NCBI GenBank assembly: GCA_043228905.1
Contig: JBHGNT010000009.1
Location: forward strand, 10,354,001 to 10,418,000
From: Azolla caroliniana
Taxonomy: Eukaryota > Plantae > Polypodiophyta
Direction: 5' to 3'
DNA length: 64,000 nt
Shown: in pieces, positions 52,872 through 64,000 of the stretch
Numbering within the stretch: the first letter of the stretch is position 1
Layout of the letters: the number at the start of each line of letters is the position of its first letter
Notes under the pieces: generated by a model
Database searches by the model: none
What the model was told of the DNA's origin: nothing
What the model saw: the letters and a program-made list of their open reading frames with translations, nothing else
Made by a program: the position numbers and the translations under genes

Positions 52872-53408
52872 TGTTGGGAAACAGGTCCCTCCGGATGGGC
52901 CTCGGCCGAAACCGAAATCGAGGACAAAAGGGTAATTCAGTCGAGGCCGAAATCGAAATCCGCAATCGTTTTGGAAGACTATAATTGTAAATAGTCTAAA
53001 ATGCCTCCTGGGGGCTATAATTGTAAACAGCAAGAAAGTTGCTTCTGTATATAAGCAACTAGGGCAAACTTTAGAAATGAGGTAGTTGATCATTATTGTA
53101 AAGTTAGAACGAGGTAGTTGCCTCTGTAATTGTGAGTGAGAAAGTGAGAGTGTAACTCTGTAGTCGTCTGTCAGATGAAGGAGAACTCGAGGTCGTTGCC
53201 TCCGAGTTCCGTATTTGTACTTCCTCTCTACTATAGTGATCTGTTTTCTCGGGGTTTGTGGTCCCTTGTGGTTTTTTCCCATTTCGGGTTTTCCACGTAA
53301 AATATCGGTGTCTTTGTGTCTTCACGTTTTTCTTGTCTGTGTACTAGTTCTTGGTTTCTGCACATGAATACGAACGTTAAACCGGTTGTGGCCGATCGAT
53401 TCCTAACA
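52872..53408 (+). mobile_element. Solo LTR of Tork-like copia family, TSD TAATG
   Basis: tgttgggaaacaggtccctccggatggg ... tcctaaca; taatg at 52867-52871 and 53409-53413. Confidence 0.93.
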
Positions 53409-53454
53409 TAATGAACCTATGTGGACTATTCTAAAACAGAATAGTGCAAAAGAA

Positions 53455-53860
53455 TCACATACCAAACCCTACTCGTCTCCTTAAGGCTATACCTAATGGG
53501 AACCAACAATCATGACTCTCCATATGAATGAATACCTTTGCACGAAATGACAAATGGGAATGCCAACTACGTTGCAATATTTGCCATGACCTTGCGTTTG
53601 ACTTATAGACATTCCACACCTTTTCTGCTTTAGGTGATAGCCAAGATAATGATACCATTGAATGATGATACAATATATTTGTAGTGACTTGTAACAAATG
53701 TGTATCATCCTTTAATTGCTAATCCACCCAAGGGGCAACATTTGTTTCCATTGGAAAAGGTACATGCAACTATGATATATCTTGTAATTTCTCCAAAATA
53801 AATCCATATTTTGGAGGAATACATCAACATCATTTGGCATCCTCAAACTCAGACAACCTT
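53455..53860 (-). mobile_element. L1-type LINE ORF2 remnant (zf-RVT region)
   Basis: WQILQRSWHSHLSFRAKVF[fs]IWRVM..PLGIALRRR matches the W..K.K.F.W..LP pattern of plant L1. Confidence 0.55.
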
Positions 53861-53891
53861 TGAGATTTGTTATCAACCACGTTGTCACAGA

Positions 53892-54200
53892 AATCCACGT
53901 CCACGAGTTGGCTAGGCGGGACCATGGGGGTCTCAGACTAGGGAGTCTGAAATTGAGTGAGCTTGCACCTTCCGGTCGTATTTGTCCTCGGACGGCTCAA
54001 GTTCCTTCCTCGATGTTGGCCCCTCGGGCCACGTTTGCTCATGCGACAATCCGCGTCCACGAGTTGGTTAGGCGGGACCATGGGTGTCTCAGACTAGGGA
54101 GTTTGAAATTGAGTGAGCTTGCACCTTCCAGCTGTATCTGTCCTCGGCCGGCTCGGATTCCTTCCTCGTTGTTGGCCCCTCAGGCCACATCTGCTATGAG
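53892..54200. repeat. 156 bp GC-rich tandem duplication
   Basis: aatccxcgtccacgagttgg..ggcccctcxggccac twice. Confidence 0.9.
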
Positions 54201-55199
54201 CTTTTCGGCGGGGGCCGACACGACCTCCTTCCTTGCTTTCGGCTCTCTAGCCGTCGACCCGCGTGACACCAACGGAACTGAATAGAGTCAATCACAAAGA
54301 ATGATAGTTGAAAACAAGCCTACGATACACAATAGAATACAAGGAGGTGTTCTTGTCACGACATAGTGACATCAAATACATAGTTGATGAGTATTGAACC
54401 TGCAACCTCACATCAACAAGATGTCATGCTCAACCATTTTGATATGAGCATGTATTTATATATAATAATTTAATATTGTATAGTCTAGCATATAGTACAT
54501 TTCAAAATTAGAATATTCTAGTTGTTAGTATATTCTAGAAATATTGTATGGTATATTCTAGATTGGTATATTCTAGAGATATTTCTCGAGTATATTCTAG
54601 AGATATTCAATCTTGGAACTTGTATAAATACTTGTAACCTCCTTGGTTCCTTTCAAGGGATTCAACACCAGTCATTGACACGTCAATCTAGTATTCTCAA
54701 TTCATGCCATATTGTCTCCTTCATCCTCATATTTATCTTCATGCTCTCCAGTTAACCCTAGCTTCCTATGTTCATAGTCTTGTCACCCACAACTTCTAGA
54801 GTTCCTAGCCTTGACACTTCCGGTTTCACTTATCGGTCATAGCCTCGTCAACCATGCTCTTTCGTAGTCCATGGTTGGTGTGTCTCTAACAGTTCTCCTA
54901 ATTGCGGTTTATAGACCAAGTTACAATAACGACACTTGGTTGGACTCAACTTGACAATAATACATCGAGAAAGGAAAGTGATGAGATGACAGAAGGATGG
55001 CAAGAAGGGAGGTCCCGACAATGGCCACGGCTCCCAACTAGTGCCCTCGAGTCACTCTTCCGATGATGAACCGAGCGTTACGCCATGTGAAGGGCGAGCT
55101 CTCAGACCCGCAATGGCGATCGCAGGTGGACGCTTCCCATGAATACACCGCTTGCGATGAAAGGGGCGTGTGAGAGATCAAGAGAGAGAGAGAGGGAGA

Positions 55200-56342
55200 T
55201 AGATAGATAGATAGATAGATAGATTATATTATTGTCTTCGGAGGTCAAATATGACCTATGAGACCAAAAATATTACATTTCACGTGATATGTGTGAAAGT
55301 GAGTAGTGACTCTTGATGTTCAAGAACTTTACCAATGAATGTTGCAATCGAGAGTGCACATTGTGGTTGTAAGAGGAATTCATGCAAAGATTGGGCTCGA
55401 TCGAAGAGATGTGGAAAGCATGGTCGAATATGATCAAAGGCAGAGCATTGTATCAAAGTGTGATACTCAGACTCGCGAACTTGTTTAGGGCAAAGTGTGC
55501 ATAGCCGACCACTCTCATCACTTGTACCCCAACGCCCTGTTTCACATCGCAATGCATGTGAGCTAAGTCGCATGGAAGCAATGGTTCGAATGGCAGATAA
55601 CGGTATGAGCTCTAACATGTATGGATGTGTACGATTTCCCCGTTCCGCAAAGAATATGGTTTTGTAGTTAGGTGCAACACGTGTAGTATAATGTGTGAAG
55701 CGTGAGCCTCCACATTTGTCCCATGTCATGGTACATTGGCGTTGCAAAAATGCCTCATTTACAGAGGAATCTAATGTTGCATCATGAAGCAAGTGTCTCG
55801 CATCCCATCTACCAAACCATTTTTCTATATCTTGCATCCAACCGGAACACAAAAATTTGCTTTTATGCGTCTTTTGGATCTTTTTGCTTGCTTCCCACAC
55901 AATTCTAGGAAGTCGATGTGAGGGACTTTTTTGAACCTTAAGCATGTATTCAACAACCCTTTCCATGGCCATGATCTCAATGGGAAGTGATCCCGTCTCA
56001 AGGAGGAGGAGGGTGTAGGGCGTTTGTTTCTTAACTTGTAGAAACTTGGTAAGAAAATGCTTTTGGACATTTTCAAACTCTTTCCACATAGATTTAGGGA
56101 TGCTACCGCCCCATACTTCCACCCCATAGAGAAGAATTGGTGTCACCAAAGTGTCGAAAAGATATTTCTTGAGGACCCAACACTTAATATCTCCAAGATT
56201 GCATGTGTTCTCAAATGCATAGTATGCTCGCTTGCCCGCCTCTAAGCGGCGTGTAGCACATTCATTCCATCTATGATTTGAAGGAACTTCAAGGCCAAGA
56301 TATTTGAAGCTTTCCACACATTCAAGTGGCTCATTGTTGTAC

Positions 56343-56345
<3 letters not shown>
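55200..56345 (-). mobile_element. 5'-truncated RTE-X/L2-like LINE, open ~350 aa ORF2 C-terminus, (TCTA)n tail, flanked by (GA)n
   Basis: VESFKYLG, LFDTLVTPILLYGVEVWG, RLSSHALRCETGRW..RLCTLC..ESEYHTLIQC. Confidence 0.92.
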
Positions 56346-56377
<32 letters not shown>

Positions 56378-57747
56378 AAAATGGCTTAGTCCCAAATGAC
56401 CAAAAGGGAGCCGTGCGAGAGCTCAGGAGAGTGGGAGAGACAAGAACTTTAGGAAAAACCTCTATCCACTCTAAAGAAGGAAGAAGAATTTTTGTGCATC
56501 CGTCACCCCCTTTTATAGTGCTCAAGGGGGGGGGGGGGGGGGGCTCATTACAATAAATGAGGCCAAATATTCCTCTCTCTATAAATCAAGCTTCATTTGA
56601 TGTGGTACATGTAGTCGCGTGCCTCACTTAACTATCCCTTTCTCTCACTCTCACACATGCCTCTCCATTCTCTACTCATTTACACACATGTTTTAACTCC
56701 ATCTCTCTCTTCCTTTTCACCGTACTTTCTTCCACCTGTGTACATACACATCACACCCTTATATGTGCACACTTTACACAACCATTTACCCCTTTTTCCC
56801 CGATTTTCCCACAGTTGTCGTACATCTTCACAACATCCACCCCCACCAAACTGCACATCCTTCGGTATGTGCCAAGTAAGGGGGTGAGATGTAGGCAACA
56901 ATGATTAAACGTCCTCCTTTGGCTCCTTGATGACCTCATCCTTGTACGTCTCCTTGCCGAATCGGCTTCCAACTTCCACGTCGATTGCTACCGGTTCAGT
57001 TGTTGCCGGTTCGGCTTCAGCCCTGGTGCTGTCTGGTTCATCGGCTCTTGACTGGTGGCTTCGTAAGGTTCGGGTTGGATCGGCCCTGTTACGGGCATGA
57101 CCATATAATATCTCATGGTAACTAGTACCCTAGTATTTTACACATGAGGATAACATGTGAGGGTTAACCAAGAGTGTAAAGGAGAGAAGGATTACTTCTA
57201 ATCCTCGGGATTGAGACAACCCATTAAGGACAAAGTGTGAACTTGCCTGGAGGCCTTAGGTCTGGCTATAAATATGGCCTTAAGTTCCTCATGTCCGGCT
57301 ATTATCACCTTCTTGGTAAACAAACACAAACAATTGAACAAATTACTCTCTAAGTCATTCCATCAAGGGGATTGTGGTTGGAGTTATGGATTTGATAGAT
57401 CACAATTGCATACTTATGATTTATTCACTCTAATTACTTATCACACTTTGATAATCTTCTTTTATTTTTAATCACACACAGATGTAACTTAGAACAAAAT
57501 CACACTCAATCCTTATGATCGACTGTATATAGAAATACTTTGCCTCTCTCTGGTCGTACGAGACACAGAACAACAGAATAACAGAAACACATAATACTCT
57601 AAACTCAAATGATATTAAAAGTATATGATTATAGATTGATAGTTTTACAATGTTTTGTATCCCTTTATATAGGTGATACATGCAAACTTGTCAAGAACTA
57701 CAAAATTGCCTTTCGACAAGAAACATAAAAACAGTTCTAACTTCCTA

Positions 57748-58185
57748 TTGACGCAGAAATGACGCTCAGCCACAACCGAGTCTTAAAACAATGAATGGAA
57801 AAGAGCAAGCTGAAAATAAGATGACACAGAATGTTAACATGGAAAACCCTAAATGGGAAAAACCACGTGAGCCCACAAACTCCAACTATCACTATGAGGG
57901 GAGGAATACAATGTGAGGCTTAGAGGCAACGACCTCGAGCTCTATGTCTTCGCCAGTCGGTGGTTACAACAGAAACTAGTTCTGTATCTCTCTCTCTCTC
58001 ACTCACTTTCTCACACTCTATGTACAACAATGATAAAACAACTACTACACGATCTTCACATAAAGTGATTGCCCTAAGTCATATTTATACTTATATGACT
58101 TTTGGGCTATTTACAAATATAACCTCAATAGGCTAACCATGAAACATATTTACACATATGTCCTTCGATCCGGTTTGCACCCCCG
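57748..58185 (-). mobile_element. LTR remnant related to the 30286-31013 LTR
   Basis: Reverse complement contains tttgtaaatagcc..aaaagtcatat..tataaatatgacttagggcaa, gaggtcgttgcctc, gggttttcca and cggttgtggc. Confidence 0.85.
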
Positions 58186-59864
58186 GGGATTCCACTATAT
58201 ATATAGAGGTTGTATCACGTGCATTCACGACATCTTTTATAAACCCCTTATACGTATATTTTTTACTATTTTAGATACCCTTCTATAAAAAAATGGTTAA
58301 TAAAAATAACCCTTAGTGCCAATATATATTTGGACAACAACTCATTTGAAATGCCCTTACATAGAAATGTATTATATTGTATTGCATATGTTGTATATAT
58401 TTTATATATAGGTTGTGTGTGTGTGTGTGTGTGTTCATATGTATGTATGTATTGTATTGTATTCCATGTTTATTTATGTATGTATTGTATTGCATGTGTT
58501 GTATATCTTAGATGTATGGTATGTATCTATGTATCTATGTGTTATGTGTATGTGTGTGTAGTGGCTCATGTGTATTTGCACATAAATCATGATTATTCTT
58601 TTACTAATAAAGACTCAATAGCACATTTTTTGGTTTGATAGCTATTCTCTATTTAAACATTATGAAACTTCATCAACAATCATCATGAATACTCCATCAT
58701 TGCAAGAAGTTCCTTCAAATGCTCAATAATTTCTCACATCACAACCTTTGTTAACGAGGAAGAGATTAATATATGACTCTTTCAATATGCAAAGCTGATC
58801 AAACAATATATGTGACATACATATCAATCACATTATTGGTAATACAACATCTCTTTCTAGTACACCTTTTCCTTAAATTATATAGTTCGCAACAAACACA
58901 TGCAAAACCAACTTACTATAATAATGAAACACCTAAGGTTCAAATAATGCTTCAAACAAACAATAATCATTAGACGAGAGGAAAGTAATGGAAACTGTTC
59001 TATATTACAACATATACAACTATTAATTTATCAATCACCTCCTTTTACAACAACTAGAAATCAAGACCTTGCATTCTCGTAATGATGTAGCACCAAGAAA
59101 GAAGATGAACACAATGTCAGCTGATAATAAAAATACACGAACATAGTCAGTGAAGAGTAAAGTGGGTGTGACTCGATGAAAAAACACCCACTTAGCTTAA
59201 AAAATGTTTCTAATAAATGCCAACCTCCACATCCTGAAAGTCATGAAAGGAATGAAGACCAGCCATACTGATAGAACAAAAGACAATCATAGGAAGGAAT
59301 ACATGCTTCGACCTCCCTTGATAGCTAGCCCCAAAACAAACTCATGGTATGAGAGCCTTGATGGTGCGTGCATTCTCAGCGTAGACTGAACACCAAAATA
59401 AAAACTAGATAGGTGTGAAGCCTACTCTCAAGTATCAAAAGCTCCATATCCTTAAATACAAAGATATCATATAGAAAAGCAATTAAGCACAACGAGTCTT
59501 TGATGAAGACATCCAATTAACTCAACATCTCCATCACCACACATAGTAGTTGAATATTTGTTGCTCCGCTCTCTTCATAAATAACCCATTATTTTTCTTC
59601 CATTTGAAATAATCAAAAGAAATTTTTTCAAACAAATGGAACAAAATTCCCATATTAGTTAAAAAGGAGTTTTAAGAGGAAAAAATTAGAATAAGCAAAA
59701 TATCCTCTGCTTTCTCTATACTTTCCTTTCCAACCATTTCATTCTTATTTTTGCATACTTCTCTTATAGAAAGAAAGACATAGACCATAAGCCAAAACCC
59801 ATAGTCATAATAGTAAATTTTGTCGATTTTTTGTTTCATTCTAACAATTACTAATCAAAAGTTA

Positions 59865-60419
59865 TGTAGAGCTAAGTTTTCTCCCACTTCAATGGCTTAA
59901 CGATTTCCCATGTGAAATCAGGGTCATCACGACCAAAGTGACCATATGTAGGGGTCTTCTACTAACGTTTGTTTCTGCATCCGCAAAGGTCGTGGATAAC
60001 CATCATCCGAGGTCGAAAATCATTGGGATTTGGGTTTCCTAAAGTAAAAATATTTTCATCATTACTTTTTAATTTCAGGAATAAAAAGGAAACACAATGA
60101 ATGCATAAAGCTATTTTCCTAAACTATTATACATTCCTTGACCAATATGCATAACCAGACTTGGTTTCTACTAAGCTCCTAAGAAGAACAATGTTTAATC
60201 ATTTCTCACGACTTTATTTGCATGAAAAGGGAGAAAACATGCCACAATGAGTGAAGAACAAGGCTCAATATCCACCAAGGTCACAAGACGAATACATACT
60301 TGGACAATGCAATGATGGGCAAGTCTCGTTGCAACAATACTCTCCACAACTTGCCTCAAAATGTAACATCTACTCCAATCAACCTTGGTAGGGTCCTTCC
60401 TAAAGAAAGCACCACCCCA
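59865..60419 (-). pseudogene. SAMS: S-adenosylmethionine synthetase (MAT/SAMS) fragments: 60419-60300 and 60022-59865
   Basis: [39 protein letters not shown]|gtatgt (cf. GGAFSGKDPTKVDRSGAY) and DFRPRMM..**KTPTYGHFGRDDPDFTWEIVKPLKWEK. Stops and substitutions at conserved sites. Confidence 0.92.
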
Positions 60420-60458
60420 TTAGGCTTCTCAAGACCAAAATAGCTCTTCTTGCCTTGG

Positions 60459-60839
60459 AATAATCTCACAATATGTGTACGTTGAATCCTGATTAATCTA
60501 GCAAGAGTTCAACACACGTAAACCTCCAAGCTTTCATCTAACTCTCTCCTCCGCAACAGAGTGCAAAGTATGTCGGAATTTCAATTGTGTAACACCCTGG
60601 TTCTTTGGTTTACCATAAACAATACCTTTGGAGCATCCCTCTTATGTCCTCTCCTCACACGAACACGGTAGACGACATAGCCCTGTTTTTTCTTGTAACC
60701 GAGACGATGAGCTTTATTTGGCCGGGTAGGGCGAGTGATGTGAACCATTCTAGGAAGTTGCCTATACTCCCAGCAACGAACATGAAGAAGGAATCACATG
60801 TTTCTTCCTCCATAGCTCCTCATATTTGTAAGCACCCAT
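60459..60839 (-). pseudogene. RPL15: 60S ribosomal protein L15 (eL15) pseudogene, intronless, 3'-truncated
   Basis: [95 protein letters not shown]. Indels and stops. Confidence 0.95.
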
Positions 60840-61207
60840 CAACGACGTTGCTTCATCTGTGTGTGCCTGAGCGAGTCTCTCTCTGTGTTTTCATAAAAAA
60901 GGTTTCTCTCTCTCTCTCTGATCAAATTATAGAGTTACTCACAGAAATCCAAGCCATACATAATTTTTTACTACAGAGCAAGGCAAGGCAAGGCAAGGCA
61001 AGTCTCATCACATAGCCCGACTTCTCCCTTGATTGCCTCAACACAGAGCAATATATATTGAACTTGTTTTGATTAGGTACCACAGAGCAACAACACATGC
61101 TATCCAAGGTTTATGACTCCCCATTGCATGTCATTTCAAAAGAAGGGGAGGCCGGCATTGTGATGCTGAACCATCAGGAACGACATTCCGATCTATCCTA
61201 TCATGAA

Positions 61208-62337
61208 CACTAGGACATTTAAAACAGGTAATATGTCACATTTTGAGAACTGTCCATAAAAAAATGACACAAATTAGGGTGACTCACAAAAAGGGGTGTC
61301 GCATGCGTAAAGGATTTTTAAAAATGACCCAAAAATATATTGATTTTTAGCATGTACGAAAATTTAGGTGTTCAAAAAAATGCCTAAATAATGGACATGC
61401 CAAACTTACAAATGAATGTCGAAGATGACTAACACCAATATTTATAGTTCTAGGGCAAAGCATATCAATGAAACTTAGATGTTCTAGATGACTTTTAGAG
61501 AACCTATGGAACCTATAGATGAAGACGCAGGGCACCTTGTTGAATTAGAAGACGTACCAGAGTTTGAACATACTAACGATTCAACTTAACGTACTGACGA
61601 AGCCAATGAGGACAATCTTGATGAAAGAGCTAATCCTGAGGATACGGCTTTACCAGACTTATTATTTGATTGAATGGATATGGCTTATTGTAAAATTTCA
61701 ACAATATGAATTGTTAAATTTTGACGTAATATATAAGTTGAGCTTACTTATAATTTTCGTGTAACAATCATTGAACTTAGAGATTAAGTATATTTGTATG
61801 TGTACATGTTGTCTAAACTCTCCTTTATCATTTGGGGTATATGGGAGATAAATTTATACTCTATCATTTACTCGTATGATTGGAATGTTATTGTAGACTA
61901 GTTTATTTATACATTGACGATGTCATGTATCACGTGTCAATGGAAATTTTCTCTTGATATAGTAGTATCTCTTAATTGCAAGGTTCACAATTTGCTTTAA
62001 GATATATTATATATAAATATACACACATAATTAGAAGAAGTCACTTATTCAATGGGGTATGCTTTTTAGAATATGCACAAGGACTCGTGTTACTATTATA
62101 CTTGCATTGACAAATATACCCGTCTAAGATTTGGACAAAAACATGGTAGATAGAATATACGTCGGATGATTTTGTTGACGTGATATTAGTTAGTTCTATT
62201 TTTCACTATGTTTTCATAAACCACATATGCATACGTCGTGCCTTTTTGAAATTCTACTTAAATAAGGCATTTTTTAACATCTCACTAAGATATGAAAAAG
62301 AGAATGCGACATATTACCTGTTTCAAATGACCTGGTG
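61208..62337. mobile_element. Non-autonomous TIR element, CACTA-like
   Basis: ~35 bp imperfect TIRs cactaggacatttaaaacaggtaatatgtcacatt / aatgcgacatattacctgtttcaaatgacctggtg; internal acidic coding remnant. No clean 3 bp TSD. Confidence 0.7.
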
Positions 62338-62699
62338 TTTCATGTTGCCATCATTTATCTTCTTCATCTTGTTGGTTGTGCATGCCTGTGCCAAAGGCTG
62401 AAAGAAGTTTCCATAGACATGCTCAGGGGAATATGAAGCATCTTCATGGTCATGGTAATCATCATGCAGGGAAAGGATGTGGCCATGCCACTCCCACACG
62501 CGTTGCCCCGTGGAGGCATCGTCATGGAATGAGACACATACATGGTGGCCAACGATGGGGACAGATTTCCCCAAGTTAGGTTGAAGTAGGGTTTCGAACT
62601 CTTCGGAAACAATGAGTTGGACGACCTTGGCCTCCAAGGCTGCTCCGAGGCGGGCCACCTTGGCACGACCACTGGAGGAGGAGGATGTCAGGATCAATA
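62338..62699 (-). pseudogene. Exon of an unidentified plant protein, interrupted by the TIR element
   Basis: Protein-like VVQLIVSEE..HVCVSFHDD..VWEWHGHIL..YSPEHVYGNFF, preceded by acceptor-like tcttag. No ATG or upstream exon found. Confidence 0.45.
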
Positions 62700-63127
62700 C
62701 TAAGACAGAGAAGGAATTAGTACTAAAAGATGAGGATTAGTACTAAGAGAGGTGTAGAACTCTCAAGAGAAGGAAAGAGTGAGCGAGAGAGAGAGATAGA
62801 GAGAGAGAAAGGGTGCTCAAGAGAATGCTGATAAAAGATATATATTATGTGAAGAGAGTATACAATAGTAGCTAGGAGGCTTAAGACTGGCGTTGAACCA
62901 ATTTGGTTCGAAATAATGCCTTGTGCCTCATTTTATAGTGTTCTCAGGAGTACTCCTGAAGTTTCTAGAATGTTCCAGAGAAATATGGAATATACATCAA
63001 TTTTCTATAATAAAACATAAATGAAAATAATATTCTACGTATTACAATTTGTGTTCTAATGGTCATGAGCTCGACCCATGTAGCATAAGGTCATGGGTTC
63101 GAGTCTTGTCATAAGATCATCATGACA

Positions 63128-63642
63128 CATGCAAGATGAAATGGATTCCTTGCATGAGAACCATATATGAATTGACCGAGCTGCCGGAAGAAAGAAGGTG
63201 CTTCGTAATAAGTGGGTATACAAACTGAAGCCGAGAGAAAGTGGGAATCCACCAAGATACAAAGCCCGAATCGTCGTGAAAGGATTTCAAGAGAAGAAGG
63301 GTGTGGATTTAGATGAGATATTTGCCCTAGTGGTGAAAATGACATCCAACCAAATGGTGCTGAGCATAACGGCTAACGTGGATCTCGAAGTCGAGCAATT
63401 GGATGTCAAGATGACATTTCTGCACGGTGATCTCGAAGAAAGGTAAAGAAAACCTGATATGCCGATTGAGAAAGAGCTTGTATGAGCTAAAACAGGCACC
63501 TCAACAATGGTACCGAAAATTTGAATCATTCATGACTGACAACGGGTATTACAAAACGCAGGCCGATCACTGTGTGTTTGTGAAGAAGTTCAATGGAGGA
63601 GATTTCCTCATCCTCCTGTTGTACGTGGATGACATGCTGATG
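63128..63642 (+). mobile_element. Tork-like copia RT fragment
   Basis: [29 protein letters not shown]; similar to 22795-23300 and 28765-29320. Confidence 0.93.
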
Positions 63643-63739
63643 AGCCCCATAAGGGGGGAAACTAATTTGCTCGTGGCCATTCCCATTTCCCCTATCTCAT
63701 TGTAAACCCTCTCTTAATGAAAATTAGTTTTGCAATTAA

Positions 63740-63774
<35 letters not shown>

Positions 63775-63853
63775 CTTGTGGGTATGTTTTAATCTTTTTT
63801 TAGTGTTTTAATCTTATGTAGATTTTATTATTAGTGTTTGATTCCTCATCTAT

Positions 63854-63949
63854 GTCTCCCCTCCCCCTATCTCTTCTAATCCTCGCTTTCACCAAGTTAT
63901 GGTCTCCCCTCCCCCTATCTCTTCTAATCCTCGCTTTCACCAAGTTATG
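63854..63949. repeat. 48 bp perfect tandem duplication
   Basis: gtctcccctccccctatctcttctaatcctcgctttcaccaagttatg twice. Confidence 0.95.
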
Positions 63950-64000
63950 TCTATGATTGGTGCGCTCAAATCGTCCTTGGTGGTTTCGTCTCCCTCTCCC

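Noticed and set aside
54523-57091. LTR-like segments (tattctaga repeats; TATA and poly-G region)
   Set aside because: Plausible LTR debris, but no matching TSD, partner LTR or PBS found.
59160-59193. 10 bp hairpin aagtgggtgt..acacccactt
   Set aside because: Isolated, with no terminal motif or second copy.

Overview
Eukaryotic land-plant genomic DNA: spliceosomal GT-AG introns, an AT-rich background and many retroelements. The gene and LINE content looks fern- or lycophyte-like, but this is inference. Five intact-looking host genes were reconstructed exon by exon: a FRIGIDA-like gene (5' end outside the window), an AMT2-family ammonium transporter, UFC1 (10.2 kb first intron full of nested copia elements), a SANT+bromodomain gene and a phosphatidylinositol synthase. 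Between them lie Tnt1/Tork-like copia elements and LTR remnants, a Ty3/gypsy fragment whose 3' LTR sits just upstream of UFC1, RTE-X/L2-like LINEs sharing a covarying 3' stem-loop, and a CACTA-like derivative. The least expected structure, mostly missed by the ORF track, is a same-strand chain of decayed host-gene fragments at 59.9-62.7 kb (unknown gene, intronless RPL15, SAM synthetase). Also notable: a UFC1 intron built from decayed tandem copies of its neighbouring exon, and a uORF born by duplication of a start-codon region. All alignments were made by eye; no database searches were run.
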